Positions 1 through 10,047 of a stretch of DNA of 58,500 bases are shown here, one piece after another. The translations under genes and the position numbers were made by a program. The first letter of the stretch is position 1. Each line of letters begins with the position of its first letter. Source of the DNA: Candidatus Colwellbacteria bacterium (GTDB lineage: Bacteria > Patescibacteriota > Minisyncoccia > UBA6257 > Colwellbacteraceae); contig JAQTUL010000008.1 in the NCBI GenBank assembly GCA_028710275.1, forward strand, positions 1 to 58,500, given 5' to 3'. A model generated the notes under the pieces. It worked only from the letters and a program-made list of their open reading frames with translations. It searched no databases and had not been told where the DNA came from.

Positions 1-39
1 AGTGTAAATTTTATCTTGTTCCGACCGGTATTTTCGATT

Positions 40-129
40 GGAGAGGTGCTAGAGCGGTCGAATAGGACACGGTGCTAACGTGTTAGACTCGAAAGGGTCT
101 CCAGGGTTCGAATCCCTGCCTCTCCGCCA
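40..129 (+). tRNA. tRNA-Ser(GCT), CCA encoded
   Basis: Cloverleaf read by eye: acceptor GGAGAGG/CCTCTCC, anticodon stem ACACG/CGTGT with loop GTGCTAA, long variable arm, T-arm CAGGG-TTCGAAT-CCCTG, then GCCA. Confidence 0.9.
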
Positions 130-137
130 AGACAATT
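114..137. repeat. attL-type direct repeat CCCTGCCTCTCCGCCAAGACAATT (tRNA-Ser 3' end plus 8 nt trailer)
   Basis: Exact 24-bp match to 14981-15004. The flanking bases differ on both sides. Confidence 0.85.
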
Positions 138-227
138 TATTATCGGAGATGACCCATTTACCTAAGTAAGTGATATGATCCGAGTATATAAATAGTTTTA
201 AAATACACTTTCATATATAAATTATGT

Positions 228-692
228 ATGAAGAATCAGCATAAAATTATTAGTGAAGGCTTTGTTCAAAAATGTGTAATCAATCACCTAGAAAACCAGG
301 GTTGGAGCAAATCATTAAAAAGCGCGGAACTTTGGGAGCATGGGGTTGATATAAAAGTTAGAAATAATAAATTTTCTAGATATTGGCTAATTGAAGCCAA
401 GGGAGATCCATCTAAGTCTGTAAAAAGTCCTGGTGGTAGTAGGAGCAGTTCTTTAAACTCTGCTTTAGGGCAAATCATTACCAGAATGCACCGCAATGGG
501 AAAAGAGCCTATAAATATGGCTACAAGTATGGCATCGCTTTCCCATACTCATTTAGGTCCATGGTAATTAAAAAAATACCTTTTGATGTGATGGACAAAT
601 TAAACTTGTTTATATTTTTTGTAGATGTAAACGGTGTGGTTGAAGAAATTGATTGGAAAATTATGAGAAAAGTTAGCCCTAATCTTCATTAA
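228..692 (+). CDS. PD-(D/E)XK-type nuclease-fold protein (hypothetical)
   Basis: 154-aa ORF. GVDIKV ... LIEAKGD fits the D...ExK restriction-endonuclease-like motif. No family recognised beyond that. Confidence 0.5.
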   Translation: MKNQHKIISEGFVQKCVINHLENQGWSKSLKSAELWEHGVDIKVRNNKFSRYWLIEAKGDPSKSVKSPGGSRSSSLNSALGQIITRMHRNGKRAYKYGYKYGIAFPYSFRSMVIKKIPFDVMDKLNLFIFFVDVNGVVEEIDWKIMRKVSPNLH

Positions 693-2011
693 TCATTGAG
701 CATTAACTTTTTATCTTTATATATTATTCTCGATCGTAGATTTGCTAATAACTCTCTCTTTTCAGTCACTATGCCTTCCTTAAGTATGTACTTGGCATAG
801 TTTCGTATATCCGTATCTTCTCTATTTTTTACCTTATCCGTACTACCTAACACTGATCTTTGGAATATATTAAATCTCGCGATCTCATCCTCAAGCTTCT
901 GTCTCATGCCAAGCTCGTTGATATCTACCTTATCCAATATCTTTAGAAGCTCCGTTATAAGGTCTTCCTCTCTGATATACATATTCTTGCAATTTCTATC
1001 TCTCGCCCTACTACATGAATAATATATGTATTTCGCGTGCGTCCCGTCTTTAAGTAACTTCCATTTTTCTTCTGCTGATATTCCACTACCGCAATATCCA
1101 CAAGTAAATAGTTTAGTGAATGCGAATTCCTTATTCTCTCGCTGTATATTGTCGCGTTTTAATTGCGCTTGAGCCTTTTCAAATAACTCTTGGGTAATAA
1201 TTGGCTCGTGTTGTCCTTTATACCAATTGCCACTACCTTTTGGGCGTTCAAATACTCCATAGTAAAACTGATTATCAAGTATTCGATATATACCACTAAG
1301 TGTTAAGGGTTTATTACCTCTCGTATAGAAATTCAGTTCAAATTTGAGCCAGTTATATAACTTTCTTCCCGAGTATCGTTCATATGCCACTTTTTCAAAC
1401 ATCTTCTTAATCGCCGGAGCTCTAAGCGGATCAATTATCACTTGGCATTTCTTATCCATTCTATTTTGATTTAAATATCCAAGCGGAGCTGGCCCTGCCC
1501 ATAGCCCCATCTCGCATCTTGTTCTTAATCCACGCTTTACATTTACGCCCCTATTATCATTTTCAAGTTTTGCCTGACTCCCAAGAATCATCAGTAAGAA
1601 CTTCTCATTCGGGTTATTACTGAATTTCTGCCCAAATGTTCGTATCTCTAAAAGAGCGCCAGAGTCCATTAAATCCACTATTTTCCCAAGATCCCCAGCA
1701 TTCCTACTAATACGATCCGGCGCCCATGTCAAAATGCCGTTAAACTTTCCATCTCTTATCTCTTCGATAATCTCATTAAAGATTGGTCGTTGCCCAGTTT
1801 CCTTAGCTGAATGACTTTCTCGCTTCATACAAACCACTTCCAGATTCTCTCGCTCAGCGAGTTGAAGCATCTCTTTTATTTGGGAATCTATGGAAAGCAC
1901 CTGTCTTTCCTCGGATTCTGTCGATTTACGGGCATACAGGCAATACCTGGCCTTTACCGTTTGAGATTGTATTTGGGCCATCTCATAGCCTTTCGGAGCT
2001 GTTATTTTCAT
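689..2011 (-). CDS. Large serine recombinase (integrase)
   Basis: N-terminal resolvase motif CLYARKSTESEERQVLSIDSQ, a recombinase domain, the zinc ribbon CGYCG...YYSCSRARDRNC and a coiled-coil tail. The ORF runs to 2059; ATG codons at 2011 and 1981 have GAGG/GAAAGG upstream and are more likely starts. Confidence 0.85.
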   Translation of the reverse strand: MKITAPKGYEMAQIQSQTVKARYCLYARKSTESEERQVLSIDSQIKEMLQLAERENLEVVCMKRESHSAKETGQRPIFNEIIEEIRDGKFNGILTWAPDRISRNAGDLGKIVDLMDSGALLEIRTFGQKFSNNPNEKFLLMILGSQAKLENDNRGVNVKRGLRTRCEMGLWAGPAPLGYLNQNRMDKKCQVIIDPLRAPAIKKMFEKVAYERYSGRKLYNWLKFELNFYTRGNKPLTLSGIYRILDNQFYYGVFERPKGSGNWYKGQHEPIITQELFEKAQAQLKRDNIQRENKEFAFTKLFTCGYCGSGISAEEKWKLLKDGTHAKYIYYSCSRARDRNCKNMYIREEDLITELLKILDKVDINELGMRQKLEDEIARFNIFQRSVLGSTDKVKNREDTDIRNYAKYILKEGIVTEKRELLANLRSRIIYKDKKLMLND

Positions 2012-2151
2012 ATACCTCATGAATGACGCCGACCGCCGAAGGAGTCCAGAGCGTCCCAAGTAGATAACTAAACAATGGCCAGACCTATGAAGAGTTGCGA
2101 ATTAACGTAAATACTTGACGAGCAAATGGAACTTATGCTAACATAGGAAAA

Positions 2152-3861
2152 ATGACAGAAACATCAAACGATAAGGACCTACTCTCTATCGGCGAAGTTG
2201 CCAAGATTTTTGGCATAAACAGAGATACCCTCCGCAATTGGGAGAAAAAGGGACTCATTACTCCACTTAGGATAGGTCCTCGTAAAGATCGCAAATACAG
2301 ACCGGAAGATATTGAGCGAATTGCTAATGACAAAAGCATTGTTAAAGATCTTGGTGTCCCCTTAACGGATGATCAGGGAAAGATGAACCTAACTCAGCTC
2401 AAGCAATTCCTTTGGAGAAGTGCCGATATTTTGCGGGGAAAGATCGACAGCTCGGATTACAAGAAATACATTTTTGGACTCCTATTCTATAAGCGCATCA
2501 GCGATATGTGGGATGAAGAGTATAAAAAGGTTCTTGAGGAGTATCACAATGAGGATTTAGCTCGCGAAGATCATAATCACCGATTTCAAGTTCCTAAAGA
2601 TTGCCGATGGGAAGTAATTCAAAAACAAGCTGAAGGAATCGGTCACAAACTCAATGAAATTTTTGATAAGCTAACCAACGCAAACAGTCCTAAACTCGAC
2701 AAGATTTTCGACGACCTTGATTTTGCTAATAAGGATAAGTTTCCGAATGAAACACTACAACGTCTTATAAATCACTTTTCACAGCATAATTTTGGAGATA
2801 ATTATATTAATTCCGATCTCCTTGGAGACGCATACGAGTATCTCATTGAGCAATTCGCAGCGGATGCGGGCAAAAAAGGCGGAGAGTTCTACACGCCACG
2901 CGAAGTTGAGCGCGTAATTGTCAATATCTTAAAGCCTCACGAAAAAGACCACATCTACGATATGACCGTAGGCTCCGGAGGATTCCTTTTAGAGGCGTAC
3001 CACTATCTTAAAAACGAGGCTAGTGAGAAGAAAGCTCGCTCACTCTACCTTTACGGGCAAGAAATAAATATCGGGACATATGCGATTGCGAAAATTAACA
3101 TGTTCCTTCATGGGCTTGATAGTGCCGACATACAACGTGGAGATACGCTAGCCGATCCGAAATTTCTAAATCCCGACGGCTCACTGAAGACCTTCGACAT
3201 CTGCGTAGCAAACCCACCCTATTCAATAAGTGAGTGGGAATCGGAAATATTTAAATCTGACAAACACGGACGAGCAGCTGGTTATGAAATGCCTCCGGCT
3301 AAGAAAGCGGACTATGCCTTTGTTCTTCACATGGTGAAGTCGATGAATGAGAACGGTCGTGCAGGCATCGTGCTTCCGCACGGTGTTCTTTTCCGTGGCG
3401 GCGCAGAGGGTCATATCCGTGAGCAGCTTATTAAAAATGATTTAATTGAAGCCATCATTGCCCTTCCCTCAAAGCTGTTCTATGGCACAGGTATCCCGGC
3501 GGCAATAGTAATATTTAACAAAAATAAGCCTGATGGCCATAAAAATAAGATCCTTATCGTCGATGCGGAGCAGGACTATGAAGAAGGCAAAAATCAGAAT
3601 CGCCTGCGGAAAGTGGATATTCAGAAGATAGTTTCGGCATTTGAGAGCTACAGAGACATTGAGAAATATGCCCGCGTCATAGGTATTAAGGAGCTTGAGG
3701 AAAACGAATTCAATCTCAATGTGCGTCGCTACGTTGAAAATGGCGAGGACGAGGAAGTGGTGGATGTAAAGACCGTCTGGGGCTATGTGAAAGAAATTGA
3801 AAATGATCGCGATGTGATTGATAAGAAGGTCGAGGGATATCTAAAGGGATTAAAATACTAA
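2152..3861 (+). CDS. hsdM: Type I R-M methyltransferase subunit HsdM with an N-terminal excisionase/MerR-type HTH extension
   Basis: Motif I TVGSGGFLL and motif IV NPPY; HsdM N-domain FLWRSADILRG. The first 77 aa (LLSIGEVAKIFGINRDTLRNWEKKGLITP) form an HTH. Confidence 0.9.
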   Translation: MTETSNDKDLLSIGEVAKIFGINRDTLRNWEKKGLITPLRIGPRKDRKYRPEDIERIANDKSIVKDLGVPLTDDQGKMNLTQLKQFLWRSADILRGKIDSSDYKKYIFGLLFYKRISDMWDEEYKKVLEEYHNEDLAREDHNHRFQVPKDCRWEVIQKQAEGIGHKLNEIFDKLTNANSPKLDKIFDDLDFANKDKFPNETLQRLINHFSQHNFGDNYINSDLLGDAYEYLIEQFAADAGKKGGEFYTPREVERVIVNILKPHEKDHIYDMTVGSGGFLLEAYHYLKNEASEKKARSLYLYGQEINIGTYAIAKINMFLHGLDSADIQRGDTLADPKFLNPDGSLKTFDICVANPPYSISEWESEIFKSDKHGRAAGYEMPPAKKADYAFVLHMVKSMNENGRAGIVLPHGVLFRGGAEGHIREQLIKNDLIEAIIALPSKLFYGTGIPAAIVIFNKNKPDGHKNKILIVDAEQDYEEGKNQNRLRKVDIQKIVSAFESYRDIEKYARVIGIKELEENEFNLNVRRYVENGEDEEVVDVKTVWGYVKEIENDRDVIDKKVEGYLKGLKY

Positions 3862-3865
3862 ATTT

Positions 3866-4678
3866 ATGTCAGAAGAACTACAAACAGAAGAAGTTAAAAC
3901 AATGAGCAAGCACGATTTCTATTTTGAAACCCCCTTGTATGAAGCAGTCTCAATTAGCGAACTAGAGAAAGATGCTTTCAGATACGATGTTGATGCCTAT
4001 AGCGCACAGAACGAGTCAGAAACTACCTACAGCATTTATACCCAAGAAATTGATACTTGGCTAAAAGATAGTACAACCATTGGTTTCTATCTGATTACTT
4101 TAACCTGTAAGAGAAAGCAGAATGATGTATTAAGATTTACTGTTTACAAGGACAGAGAAATTGTCCTAAAAATTGGTCAATACCCCTCTCTCGCAGATTT
4201 GCAGTTCGCGGAAATTGGTAAAAAGTATAACAAGGTTTTACCTTCTGAAGATCTAAAAAATCTCAAAAAGGCGATTGGGCTCGTATCTCACGGAGCTGGG
4301 GCGGGCTCGTTCGTTTATCTCAGGAGAATTTTTGAGAAATTAATTCTTGAGACATATACCAATAACGCTAGTTCTCTCAAGATAAACGAAAGTGATTTCA
4401 AAATACAGCGAATGATGGATAAAGTTGAAACGTTAAAAGCGTTCCTCCCGAGTCAGCTTGTAGAAATGAAGGGCGTTTACTCGATTTTAGGTAAAGGAGT
4501 CCACGAATTAACGGAGGAAGAGTGTCTCCGATATTTTTCACCGATCAAACTTTCTATTGAGTTGATCCTTGATCAGAAGATCGAGGAAGATAGAAAGCGT
4601 GAGAAAGACGCAGTGGTTAAAAAGCAATTACAACAAATTCAGCAGGAAATTGCCGCTGAAAGAGAAGATGAAAAATAA
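3866..4678 (+). CDS. Hypothetical protein inserted between hsdM and hsdS (possible DUF4145-like helical C-terminal half)
   Basis: 270-aa ORF tightly packed in the operon. The segment GLVSHGAGAGSFVYLRRIFEKLI...GKGVHE resembles helical domains seen in R-M loci, but the similarity is weak. Confidence 0.6.
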   Translation: MSEELQTEEVKTMSKHDFYFETPLYEAVSISELEKDAFRYDVDAYSAQNESETTYSIYTQEIDTWLKDSTTIGFYLITLTCKRKQNDVLRFTVYKDREIVLKIGQYPSLADLQFAEIGKKYNKVLPSEDLKNLKKAIGLVSHGAGAGSFVYLRRIFEKLILETYTNNASSLKINESDFKIQRMMDKVETLKAFLPSQLVEMKGVYSILGKGVHELTEEECLRYFSPIKLSIELILDQKIEEDRKREKDAVVKKQLQQIQQEIAAEREDEK

Positions 4679-5855
4679 TCTAGTACAACAGAATATTCCG
4701 AGCGGTTGGCAAAGCACCTCCGTCGATGATATTTGCTACGTTATGAAAGGACAGGGTCTTTCAAAAAAAGACATAGATCCTTCTGGTAAAAATAAATGCA
4801 TATTGTATGGCGAGTTATTTACAACTTACGACGAGGTTATTAAAGACGTAAAAAGCAGAACTGACTCAACTGTAGGCACTCCATCGGTCAGCGGTGATGT
4901 GCTGATCCCCGGATCGACAACAACGGTCGCACGAGACCTCGCAATTGCGTCAGCTTTAAACGAAGATGGTGTGCTTCTGGGTGGAGATATAAATATATTA
5001 AGAAGAAAAGACAGCTTCTACGACGCTAACTTTCTGGCCTATTACTTAACGCACTATAAGAAAGACGAAATTGGAAAACTCGGCCAAGGGACGACTATTG
5101 TTCACTTGTATGGAAGTAATATCAAAGCTTTAGAAGTCATTCTCCCTAAAAACATCAGAGAGCAGCAAAAAATTGCAGAGGTTTTAGGGACGGTGGATGA
5201 GGATATTGCGAAAACACAGGAAGTGATTGAAGCGACAGAAAAACTCAAGCGTGGATTGATGCAGGATATATTCAGCTTTAAAAATAAAAAAGATGTTAAA
5301 TATCTTGCTCTGGGGAATATTGGCAAGGTGTCCATGTGTAAGAGGGTTTTTAAAGAAGAAACATCAAACACGGGTGAGATACCGTTTTATAAAATTGGTA
5401 CTTTCGGGAAAGAGCCAGATGCTTTTATATCCCAAAAATTATTCGATAGTTACCGAAGAAAGTTTTCTTTTCCTAAAATTGGCGACATACTTTTATCAGC
5501 TTCTGGAACTATAGGTCGAAAAGTTAAATATGATGGCAAACCGGCGTATTTTCAAGATTCAAATATTATTTGGTTAGAACACGATGGAAGTAAAATTTTA
5601 AATGATTTCCTTTTTTATTTATACGACACAATAAAGTGGCAGACCGAAGGAAGCACAATAAAAAGATTGTATAACGATATTCTGTTGAAAAAAGTTGTTC
5701 CTGTGCCTTCTATTGATCAACAGAAGCGAATCGTAGAAGTTTTATCTGTAATTGATGAAAAGATTTCGGTCAATAAAAAATTGAAAGAAAAACTTACGCT
5801 CCTCAAAAGAGGCCTGATGCAGGATTTGTTGAGTGGGAAAAAGAGAATAATATGA
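4668..5855 (+). CDS. hsdS: Type I R-M specificity subunit HsdS
   Basis: Two variable target-recognition halves are each followed by the conserved LKRGLMQD(I/L) repeat. ATG 4668 has AAAGAGAAG upstream. The ORF track extends to 4569. Confidence 0.85.
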   Translation: MKNNLVQQNIPSGWQSTSVDDICYVMKGQGLSKKDIDPSGKNKCILYGELFTTYDEVIKDVKSRTDSTVGTPSVSGDVLIPGSTTTVARDLAIASALNEDGVLLGGDINILRRKDSFYDANFLAYYLTHYKKDEIGKLGQGTTIVHLYGSNIKALEVILPKNIREQQKIAEVLGTVDEDIAKTQEVIEATEKLKRGLMQDIFSFKNKKDVKYLALGNIGKVSMCKRVFKEETSNTGEIPFYKIGTFGKEPDAFISQKLFDSYRRKFSFPKIGDILLSASGTIGRKVKYDGKPAYFQDSNIIWLEHDGSKILNDFLFYLYDTIKWQTEGSTIKRLYNDILLKKVVPVPSIDQQKRIVEVLSVIDEKISVNKKLKEKLTLLKRGLMQDLLSGKKRII

Positions 5856-7132
5856 CTACCGAAACGCTAAAAAATAAAACGAAGACGAAAGAGATATACC
5901 ACGCAGTTAATACCGATCCTATTTTCGATGTTAAATCACGTGAAGTAACTAAGGGAAGTCTTTACGAAATTGTCTTTCCGTTTAACCGTCAAGGTAAGCA
6001 GAAATATTCTCTGATATCTGAGATCCATTTCGATGGGGTTAGTCGTCTAGACCTCAAAGGTATGCGAGGCATATCTCGCGGTTATGGCTTTACGCAGGAT
6101 ACTTCTCCCATCGTATCCACTCTGAATGAAGCTTTCCATGGCGTGACAAAAATTATCATTTCCACTAAGGCAACATCAATCAACCAGCGAAAAAGTGAGC
6201 TCGTGTTGAACATTAATGACTATAAGACTATTTACTCTACGATCAGGCCAAAAAACCAGAAACATTCTAAAGACCAAAAGGTTACAATCTATAATATTTT
6301 GGCACAGGCAGGCGGATTAGGCCTCAAGGCTAAGAAAATTCCTTATATCGCTGGATCAATTAAGGGAATCTTGAGAGAGGTTTCTTCATCGGGAGGAAAG
6401 CTGTCAGACGCCGATTCCGCCGCACTTCTTGATTTTGCACAGAACAAAATTGAAAACTATGACATTGATGCTGCCGCTCTAATCCATACGAAGGAAAAAA
6501 TAGACAAGGTTTATTTTGAGAAAGTCATAGCTAGGTTCGAGAAATTACTTGCTCTTAAAAAGGGTGTCGGTGCAAAGAAGATGGAACAGAGTTGGCACAA
6601 CTTCTTTAAAGATAACTCTTGGATCTTTTCGTACTTGTTTGCTGCACCACACTTCCTTTTTCAGGACGAGTATTATGTTGGTGGGCAAAAAGGCACGGGC
6701 AAAGAAGCGCGATATGCTGATTTTATTTATAAAAATAAACTGACCGACAGTGCAACAATAATTGAGATTAAAACTCACAGGACGAAAATACTACACAACA
6801 CTGCCTATCGTTCTGCTGGGAAGGTATATCCGATCTCGTCAGACATCACTGGAGCAATAAATCAGGTGCTCGATCAGAAGAACACTCTTCTTAAGAATTA
6901 TTCAACTGTAGCTCAAGGTGATTTTGAGATCTTTGACCCTCGCTGCGTCATCGTGGTCGGAAACACCAAAGACATCCCAAGGGAACGGGTAAAGAATTTT
7001 GACATGTTCCGCTCGAACCTGAGGAACATAGAAATCATCTGTTTCGACGAACTACTGGAAAAAGCAAAATTGCTTTTGAGTCACTTCATCAAACCGAGGG
7101 TCCCCAAAAAGAAAAAGAAGAAAAGAAAGTAA
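5852..7132 (+). CDS. Shedu-like (DUF4263-type) PD-(D/E)XK nuclease with an unrecognised N-terminal domain
   Basis: The C-terminal half has WHNFFKDNSWIFSYLF, YADFIY...IIEIKTH (D..ExK), VIVVGNT and IEIICFDELL, which matches the Shedu/SduA layout. Lysine-rich tail. Confidence 0.6.
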   Translation: MTTETLKNKTKTKEIYHAVNTDPIFDVKSREVTKGSLYEIVFPFNRQGKQKYSLISEIHFDGVSRLDLKGMRGISRGYGFTQDTSPIVSTLNEAFHGVTKIIISTKATSINQRKSELVLNINDYKTIYSTIRPKNQKHSKDQKVTIYNILAQAGGLGLKAKKIPYIAGSIKGILREVSSSGGKLSDADSAALLDFAQNKIENYDIDAAALIHTKEKIDKVYFEKVIARFEKLLALKKGVGAKKMEQSWHNFFKDNSWIFSYLFAAPHFLFQDEYYVGGQKGTGKEARYADFIYKNKLTDSATIIEIKTHRTKILHNTAYRSAGKVYPISSDITGAINQVLDQKNTLLKNYSTVAQGDFEIFDPRCVIVVGNTKDIPRERVKNFDMFRSNLRNIEIICFDELLEKAKLLLSHFIKPRVPKKKKKKRK

Positions 7133-7133
7133 C

Positions 7134-10046
7134 ATGAAATTTAACGAACAGGTCACAGTAGAAAGCTACATTATCAAGTTTATTGAAAATAAACTTGGCT
7201 TCGATTACATAAAATCGGAGGAATTTTCAAGACTCCGTGATCTTGAGAGTGAATACATTATCAAATCGCAGTTACTTGATGCGGTGAAAAGAATAAACGA
7301 GGTTGGTGATGCTGTGGCAAAAAGTGTTTTGCGAGAAGTAACTAAAATAGATTCAAATAAGGACTTTTTAGATTCTATTCGCAATGGTATAAATCTGAAA
7401 GATCCAGAAACCGGGCTATTTCGTGATTATAAAATCGTTGATTTTAATAATCCGGAAAATAATCAGTTTGTTGTTACCAACCAATTCTATTTTGAGGGAG
7501 ATACAGAAAATATTCGTCCGGATATATTGATTTTTGTGAACGGACTTCCGCTCGTGGACATTGAAGCAAAGAGTCCAACCGCCTCAGAAGGGGTTAACTT
7601 TGAGAATGGGATTGAGCAAATTAAGAGATATGAAAAAGTCGCCCGCAGGTTGTTTATTCCAAACTGCTTTAATATTGCGAGCGATGGTCTTAAAACAGTT
7701 TATGGAGCGACTGGTTCGCCGAAACAGCTTTTCCTCCAGTGGAGGGATGAGGATATAGAAAAAGAGTTTGGTGGCGAGTTAGAAATGACGCTCTTCTCAC
7801 TTCTCTCCAAAGAAAACTTTCTAGATATTATTCAAAACTTTATTCTCTTTGAAAAAGAGAAAGAGAAGATGGTAAAGAAAATGGCTCGCTATCAGCAAAT
7901 GCGAGCAACTAATAAGATTGTCGAGCGCGTTCTTTCCAAAGAAAAAAGACAAGGCTTAATTTGGCACACACAAGGATCCGGGAAAACACTTACAATGTTT
8001 TTCACTGCGTGGAAACTGCGATTCAATAAAGTCCTTGCCAACCCGAAGGTGTTTATTTTGGTTGATCGCGTGGATTTAGATGACCAGATATTTGAGACCT
8101 TTACCAATGCTGGAGGAAAGAACGTGGAAAGAGTTGTTTCTCGGAAAGATTTAGAAGAAAAGATTCAATCACCGATAAGCGGAATATTTATCACAACAAT
8201 TCAGAAGTTCTCAGAACTCGGAAGCCAAGTAGAAAATCTCGATGAAAATGTGATTATTCTTGCCGATGAAGCTCACCGAGGTAATGAGGGTATTTCTGGT
8301 ATCAATATGCGTAATGCCTTTAAAAAAGCGTTCTTCTTTGGATTTACTGGAACGCCAGTTGATAAAACACACACAAATACTTTCCGGAACTATGAGGGCG
8401 AAGGAAAACGCTACTTGGATTATTACTCCATCCAGCAATCAATTGATGACGGGGCGACAATTCCGGTGACATATGAGGCACGTCTCTCTAAGTTCTCTAT
8501 AGATGAAGAAAAACTTGATCAGAAATTTGAAGAGATAACCGGAGATTTACCTGATAAGCAAAAAACCGAACTTATAAAGAAATATGGTAAGAAGGCTGCG
8601 CTTGTTAAGTTACCAAAACGAATGGAAGCCGTAGCCAGAGATATTGTTGAGCATTATAAGCTATATGTCGAACCAAACGGTTTTAAGGCACAGGTTGTTG
8701 CATACGACCGTGAAGCAGTGGCGAATTATAAAAAGCTATTCGACAAACTCATCCCCGCTGAATGGTCAGCTGTGGTTTATTCGCCTGGAGATCCAAACAG
8801 TGATGCTGATGACTTAAAGATATATAACACGAGTAAACGTGAGCGAGAACAAATCATCGAACGCTTTAAAGATCCAAAATCTTCACTAAGACTCCTTCTG
8901 GTATGTGATATGTTACTAACTGGTTTTGATGCGCCTATTGAGCAAGTCATGTATCTCGATAAGCCGCTCCGTGATCACAACCTCTTGCAAGCAATTGCTC
9001 GTACAAACCGCGTCTACACAAATAAAGACTACGGGAAAATTATTGATTACTACGGAATAACGCGCAATCTCTACGACGCTCTTGATTTTGACGAAGATAT
9101 CATCGATTCAGCAATGATTGATATCGAGCGGGTCAAAGAAAGATTTACCGACATCTTGAGCGACATAATGAAGATGTTTATCGGAATTAATATTGAGGAT
9201 CCATCAATGGATAATCTCCGCCGATGCTTGAAGATTTTCATCGATAATCAAGATAAGCAAAAATATTTTCTTGAAAAATATACAAAACTAAAAAGCTTGT
9301 TTGAATTTCTATCGCCCGACCCATTCCTAAAAGAATATGTCCGTTCTTTTGAATGGGTGACAAGCTTCTATTTGGCATTTTTAAAAGAATTCCGAAATGA
9401 AGATGACAGATATCTGCTCGGAGAATATGGCGAGAAAGTTAAAGAACTCATACAAGAAAGTAACATTATTGACTACGAAGGGATTACTAAGAACTTCCGA
9501 GAGCTTCGTGTAAACGATCTATATACACTTGAGCGCCTAAAAGGAATGGACGACGAAGAAAAAGCGCTCAATCTCGAGAAAATGCTCAAGCAAGAAATCT
9601 CGATCAATCTTGACGAAAATCCTGCGTATCAAAAATTTAGCGAACGATTAACGGCTATTCGTCGCGAATTTGAGCAGAACCAAATTGACCTGGCTGAGCG
9701 TATCCGCCGATATGAGGAATTAATGAGTGATATTAAGTCAAAAGGAGAAGAAGCCAAAGATTTAGGTCTTGATCTCAAAGAATATGCACTCTATGTCATA
9801 TCGCAGGAATTCATTGAGGATGGTAAAGACGATGTTATTAAGAAATTCGTAAAGGAATTGCGGATTCGTATTGAAGATGACCTCGATGTAGGATGGCAAG
9901 AATCGTCAAAGCGGGACGCTTTTGTTAAGGATATTAAGCAAACTCTACAGGAGCTTATTCTGAAAGATTACAGAGAACAATTTAAAGTTACAGATTTCCC
10001 AAAGTTTTTAAATAGATTGGTCGACATAATCACGAAAAAATTCTGA
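7134..10046 (+). CDS. hsdR: Type I restriction enzyme R subunit HsdR
   Basis: 970 aa. N-terminal nuclease PDILIFVNGLPLVDIEAK, Walker A TQGSGKT, DEAH box ADEAHRG, motif VI QAIARTNR. Confidence 0.92.
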   Translation: MKFNEQVTVESYIIKFIENKLGFDYIKSEEFSRLRDLESEYIIKSQLLDAVKRINEVGDAVAKSVLREVTKIDSNKDFLDSIRNGINLKDPETGLFRDYKIVDFNNPENNQFVVTNQFYFEGDTENIRPDILIFVNGLPLVDIEAKSPTASEGVNFENGIEQIKRYEKVARRLFIPNCFNIASDGLKTVYGATGSPKQLFLQWRDEDIEKEFGGELEMTLFSLLSKENFLDIIQNFILFEKEKEKMVKKMARYQQMRATNKIVERVLSKEKRQGLIWHTQGSGKTLTMFFTAWKLRFNKVLANPKVFILVDRVDLDDQIFETFTNAGGKNVERVVSRKDLEEKIQSPISGIFITTIQKFSELGSQVENLDENVIILADEAHRGNEGISGINMRNAFKKAFFFGFTGTPVDKTHTNTFRNYEGEGKRYLDYYSIQQSIDDGATIPVTYEARLSKFSIDEEKLDQKFEEITGDLPDKQKTELIKKYGKKAALVKLPKRMEAVARDIVEHYKLYVEPNGFKAQVVAYDREAVANYKKLFDKLIPAEWSAVVYSPGDPNSDADDLKIYNTSKREREQIIERFKDPKSSLRLLLVCDMLLTGFDAPIEQVMYLDKPLRDHNLLQAIARTNRVYTNKDYGKIIDYYGITRNLYDALDFDEDIIDSAMIDIERVKERFTDILSDIMKMFIGINIEDPSMDNLRRCLKIFIDNQDKQKYFLEKYTKLKSLFEFLSPDPFLKEYVRSFEWVTSFYLAFLKEFRNEDDRYLLGEYGEKVKELIQESNIIDYEGITKNFRELRVNDLYTLERLKGMDDEEKALNLEKMLKQEISINLDENPAYQKFSERLTAIRREFEQNQIDLAERIRRYEELMSDIKSKGEEAKDLGLDLKEYALYVISQEFIEDGKDDVIKKFVKELRIRIEDDLDVGWQESSKRDAFVKDIKQTLQELILKDYREQFKVTDFPKFLNRLVDIITKKF

Positions 10047-10047
10047 T

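Noticed and set aside
10044-10046. Alternative genetic code (UGA read as Gly, as in some CPR lineages)
   Set aside because: hsdR, and apparently other well-conserved genes in the window, end at TGA at the expected protein length. The tRNA-Trp has a CCA anticodon and no UCA-anticodon tRNA was seen, so the standard code fits.
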